From a virus (Duplodnaviria; Caudoviricetes): a DNA stretch of 55,758 nt. The notes beneath the pieces were generated by a model, which had not been told where the DNA came from, did not search any database, and saw only the letters and a program-made list of their open reading frames with translations. The stretch is taken from the IMG/VR virus record IMGVR_UViG_3300030085_001335, positions 1 through 55,758 of that record; one strand, 5' to 3'. A program made the translations under genes and the position numbers. Shown here piece after piece: positions 52,921-55,758 of the stretch; position 1 is the first letter of the stretch; every line of letters starts with the position of its first letter.

Positions 52921-53747
52921 TGGCAAGAAATGAAACACAGTTAAGCCAAGTTATTGATGACTTCATCATAAGCTTGGAGTCAGACAATTATGCTTCTGGT
53001 GCATCTGATAATATAATTAGATCATACGCTTTGCGTGGTATAAGAGAGATGGGGTTTGATCTACTTAAGAAGATTAGATCTCTAAAGATAACCGTAGACA
53101 CAACCAACAATACAGCTGAGTTCCCAGATGACTTCGTTGATTGGACTAAGATAGGTGTAGTTGGTAATGATGGTATTGTTTATGCGTTAGGAGAGAATAA
53201 GAACATCAACCAATCACAAGCTTATGCAACTGTTAACGGTAGTACTTATGACTCAGATAATGATGGTCTGCTTGAACGTGTTGACTCTAAAGGAGCTACG
53301 GATAGTGGTTCCCCTTCTGTTGGTAGCGACCTTAATGATGGTATGGATTCTTACATCTTTAGGAACTACGTTTACGGAGGTAATGAGGGTAGGCTGTATG
53401 GTGCTGGAGGTGGACAGTATTACGCAGAGTTCAGAGTTAACATGGATCAGAATAGAATTGAACTCAAAGGTAATAGCTCTATCAAAGAAATTGTTATTGA
53501 GTACATTGCTGATGAGGCAAGGTCTACAAACCCTAGCGTTCATGTGTATGCTGAAGAAGCTCTGAGAGCTTATATATACTACAAGATTATTGAAAGAAAG
53601 TCTTCTGTACCAGCAAACGAAAAGATGAGAGCTAGGTCTGAATACTACAACGAAAGAAGATTAGCCAATGCAAGGATCAAGTCATTCACTAAAGAAGAGG
53701 CACTGAAAACGATCCGTAAGAACTTTAAACAAGCACCTAAGAGATAA
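52920..53747 (+). CDS. Tail adaptor/ring protein
   Basis: ALRGIREMGFD, FPDDFVDWTKI, IEYIAD, AEEALRAYI. Confidence 0.6.
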   Translation: MARNETQLSQVIDDFIISLESDNYASGASDNIIRSYALRGIREMGFDLLKKIRSLKITVDTTNNTAEFPDDFVDWTKIGVVGNDGIVYALGENKNINQSQAYATVNGSTYDSDNDGLLERVDSKGATDSGSPSVGSDLNDGMDSYIFRNYVYGGNEGRLYGAGGGQYYAEFRVNMDQNRIELKGNSSIKEIVIEYIADEARSTNPSVHVYAEEALRAYIYYKIIERKSSVPANEKMRARSEYYNERRLANARIKSFTKEEALKTIRKNFKQAPKR

Positions 53748-55758
53748 TGGGTATTAATAAGATTACACCGAAAGGACTTTCTCCTGATACAGATGAGAGG
53801 TTAGTTAAGCCTGGCTTTATGCCAGATGCTACTAACATAACTTTATCTGAAGGAGGTGAGGGAACAGAAAGCGTTCTTAAAAACTGTAAGGGTACTATTC
53901 CAGGATCACCATTTACATCTGATGACGTTATCCCAAACGCAGATTCAAACATCCATGTAATAGGTGAAGTGTCTGACTCTCAGAGGGGGTTTATTTATTT
54001 CTTTGTTACAGGTGCTGCTCCTAAGGCATTTTCAAGTATATATCAGTACAATACAAATACAGATGAATACAGGCTTGTTTTTTCACACAGAGGTTTAAAA
54101 TTCCATCCTAGTCTTTATATTACAGCAAATGTTGTTAACGGTGCTTTTCAACAAAATGGGGTAGTTCAAACTATTCTTTACTTTACAGACAATTACAACC
54201 CACCTAGAAAGATAAACGTAGATAGAGCGCTTGCTGGTGACTACGATAGTTTTATTGGGAGTGGATTTGATTACTCTCTTAATACTATCAAGGCTGCACC
54301 ACTAAAAGCACCAACGGCTTTCTTCTCTACAACCGAAGAACTGCCTCACAACAATTTTCAAACAACTGCCTTTCAGTTTGCTACTCAAATAATATATGTT
54401 GACGGTGAAGAGAGTGCTATATCACCTTACTCAAAACTTACTTATTCAGAAAAATTTTCTGTTCACGGTATAGAAGAAGCATCATCAGAAGAAGCTGTTT
54501 ACACACAGGTCCGTTTAGTGGTTGATAATACTTGCAATATATCTTTAAACATTGATCCAGATATAAGAGGTTGCAAAGATGTAAGTAAGATTAGGTTGAT
54601 AGCAAGAGAAGGTAATACCTCTGTTTTTTACATCATAGATGAGTTTGATCCTAATGAAAACTTAAGTAGACAAGTATACGGAGAAAACATAAATGTTTAT
54701 GATAGTGATAGTAGTGAATACAAGTTCTTTAATGACATACTTGGGACTGCAGTTCCTACGGCTACTGAAGACAAACTATTTGACAACGTACCTTTAAAAG
54801 CTAGAGGACAGGCTGTTGTTGGTAATAGGTTAATGTACAGTAACTACGAAGAAGGAAGACCAAACCACCAAGTTTTATCTGATATAAGTGTTACTTATAA
54901 AGATGATACTGCGCTAAAAACTCAATTTGTAAAAGAGCCATTTAATCCTCTCAATGGTTTTGTTGATGGTAACTTAGGTTTTACATTTAGACCTTTAGCT
55001 GAATTTGCTATTGAGCCAGATGAATCTACAATAATTGACGCAGGTAGTATTGTAGATATTTCTTTCAATTTAAAATTGGATGATGTTGAAATTATAAATG
55101 CTGATGCACTTAGTAGTGAACATATATTTGAAGTAGATCTTAGACCTAATGTTTGGATTGGACAAGGATTTTTAAATGAGGATCCTGTCGATTATTTTAA
55201 TGGGGAAGGTGCTTTTGATTTTCCTATTCTTAATCCATTTTATTATAATCCTCTGCCAACATCAGCATATACGTATAAAGTTTCTTCATTTACTCCAGAA
55301 GAGTCTACGTCTAATGGTCTAGATAATTCAACACCAACCTCAGCAGGTTTTCAATCATGGGCTCATATATCAATTTCAGAGGTAACCCCAAGTGAGTTTA
55401 CTATTGATCAGTTTGTTGAATACTTAGCTAATGTCTTAAGCAGAGTTAGTTTTAAACAGGATTATGCAGGTACTTTTAGGTTGTTTCCTACAGAAGCAGC
55501 TAACATTCAATTTCAACAGGACTATCAAAACAACTTTCCTACAGGATTTGAAAACCAAAACCTACCAGAAGCAAGAATGAGAGTCAGCAGTAATATGGAG
55601 AGCGAAAAAGGAGATGTAGGTGTTGAGTACAAACTTGTGTGTGAAGTAAATGAAAATAATACTATTGATGTTTCTGTTGAAGTTGTTGATGTAAAAATTA
55701 ATAATCACGAAGAAAATACTGATAGCCGATTTAATCCAAGGATTTCTGCTGTAGGCAA
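53747..55758 (+). CDS. 5' part of junction-spanning tail nozzle/stabilisation-type protein
   Basis: ATG coupled to the upstream TAA; DTDERLVKPG, YFTDNYNPPRKINV, DGEESAISPYS, DNVPLKARGQAVVGNRLMYSNY; the frame continues at the window start. Confidence 0.75.
   Translation, partial: MGINKITPKGLSPDTDERLVKPGFMPDATNITLSEGGEGTESVLKNCKGTIPGSPFTSDDVIPNADSNIHVIGEVSDSQRGFIYFFVTGAAPKAFSSIYQYNTNTDEYRLVFSHRGLKFHPSLYITANVVNGAFQQNGVVQTILYFTDNYNPPRKINVDRALAGDYDSFIGSGFDYSLNTIKAAPLKAPTAFFSTTEELPHNNFQTTAFQFATQIIYVDGEESAISPYSKLTYSEKFSVHGIEEASSEEAVYTQVRLVVDNTCNISLNIDPDIRGCKDVSKIRLIAREGNTSVFYIIDEFDPNENLSRQVYGENINVYDSDSSEYKFFNDILGTAVPTATEDKLFDNVPLKARGQAVVGNRLMYSNYEEGRPNHQVLSDISVTYKDDTALKTQFVKEPFNPLNGFVDGNLGFTFRPLAEFAIEPDESTIIDAGSIVDISFNLKLDDVEIINADALSSEHIFEVDLRPNVWIGQGFLNEDPVDYFNGEGAFDFPILNPFYYNPLPTSAYTYKVSSFTPEESTSNGLDNSTPTSAGFQSWAHISISEVTPSEFTIDQFVEYLANVLSRVSFKQDYAGTFRLFPTEAANIQFQQDYQNNFPTGFENQNLPEARMRVSSNMESEKGDVGVEYKLVCEVNENNTIDVSVEVVDVKINNHEENTDSRFNPRISAVG
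55659..55758. repeat. Direct terminal overlap (copy 2)
   Basis: 99/100 identical to bases 1-100. Confidence 0.95.

Noticed and set aside
1-55758. Temperate lifestyle, DGR, introns/inteins or stop-codon recoding
   Set aside because: No integrase or reverse transcriptase recognised; terL, nrdA, nrdB and the helicase are uninterrupted; standard-code ORFs tile the genome and all three stop codons are used.

Overview
This window looks like the complete, circularly assembled genome (about 55.66 kb; bases 1-100 recur at 55659-55758 with one mismatch) of a tailed podovirus-type phage of a Bacteroidetes, probably Flavobacteriia, host. The host call rests on many TAnnTTTG (-7) promoter boxes and A-rich translation starts without Shine-Dalgarno sequences. 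Two arms diverge from a non-coding region at about 31.3-32.3 kb. The minus-strand early/replication arm (13.8-31.3 kb) carries many small hypothetical genes, nrdA/nrdB, a DnaA-C-like HTH, an ERF recombinase, a RecE-like exonuclease, an SSB-like protein, an AEP/VirE-N primase-SF4 helicase fusion and a T7 endonuclease I-like resolvase. The plus-strand late arm (32.3 kb across the junction to 13.76 kb) carries a GroES-like protein, terminase, portal, amidase, scaffold, major capsid protein, tail ring/nozzle proteins, three ejection-type proteins including a 2642-aa polyvalent protein, and a holin-like gene. I recognise no integrase, DNA polymerase, RNA polymerase or full-length tRNA. The most striking signal is an RNA layer in the early arm: a complete type II hammerhead ribozyme with a loop-tail pseudoknot (29521-29586) and a 45-nt acceptor-stem plus T-arm tRNA mimic ending in CCA (29102-29146) bracket a single gene, suggesting a self-processing early polycistron. 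There are also two promoter-to-terminator small RNA candidates. Other candidates are a face-to-face promoter switch at a lone wHTH gene, near-leaderless late promoters, a shared basic [YF]xxGG motif in putative virion cargo proteins, a possible -1 frameshift in the giant ejection gene and a 20-aa Cys-rich peptide. All family assignments come from motif recognition by eye, not database searches.
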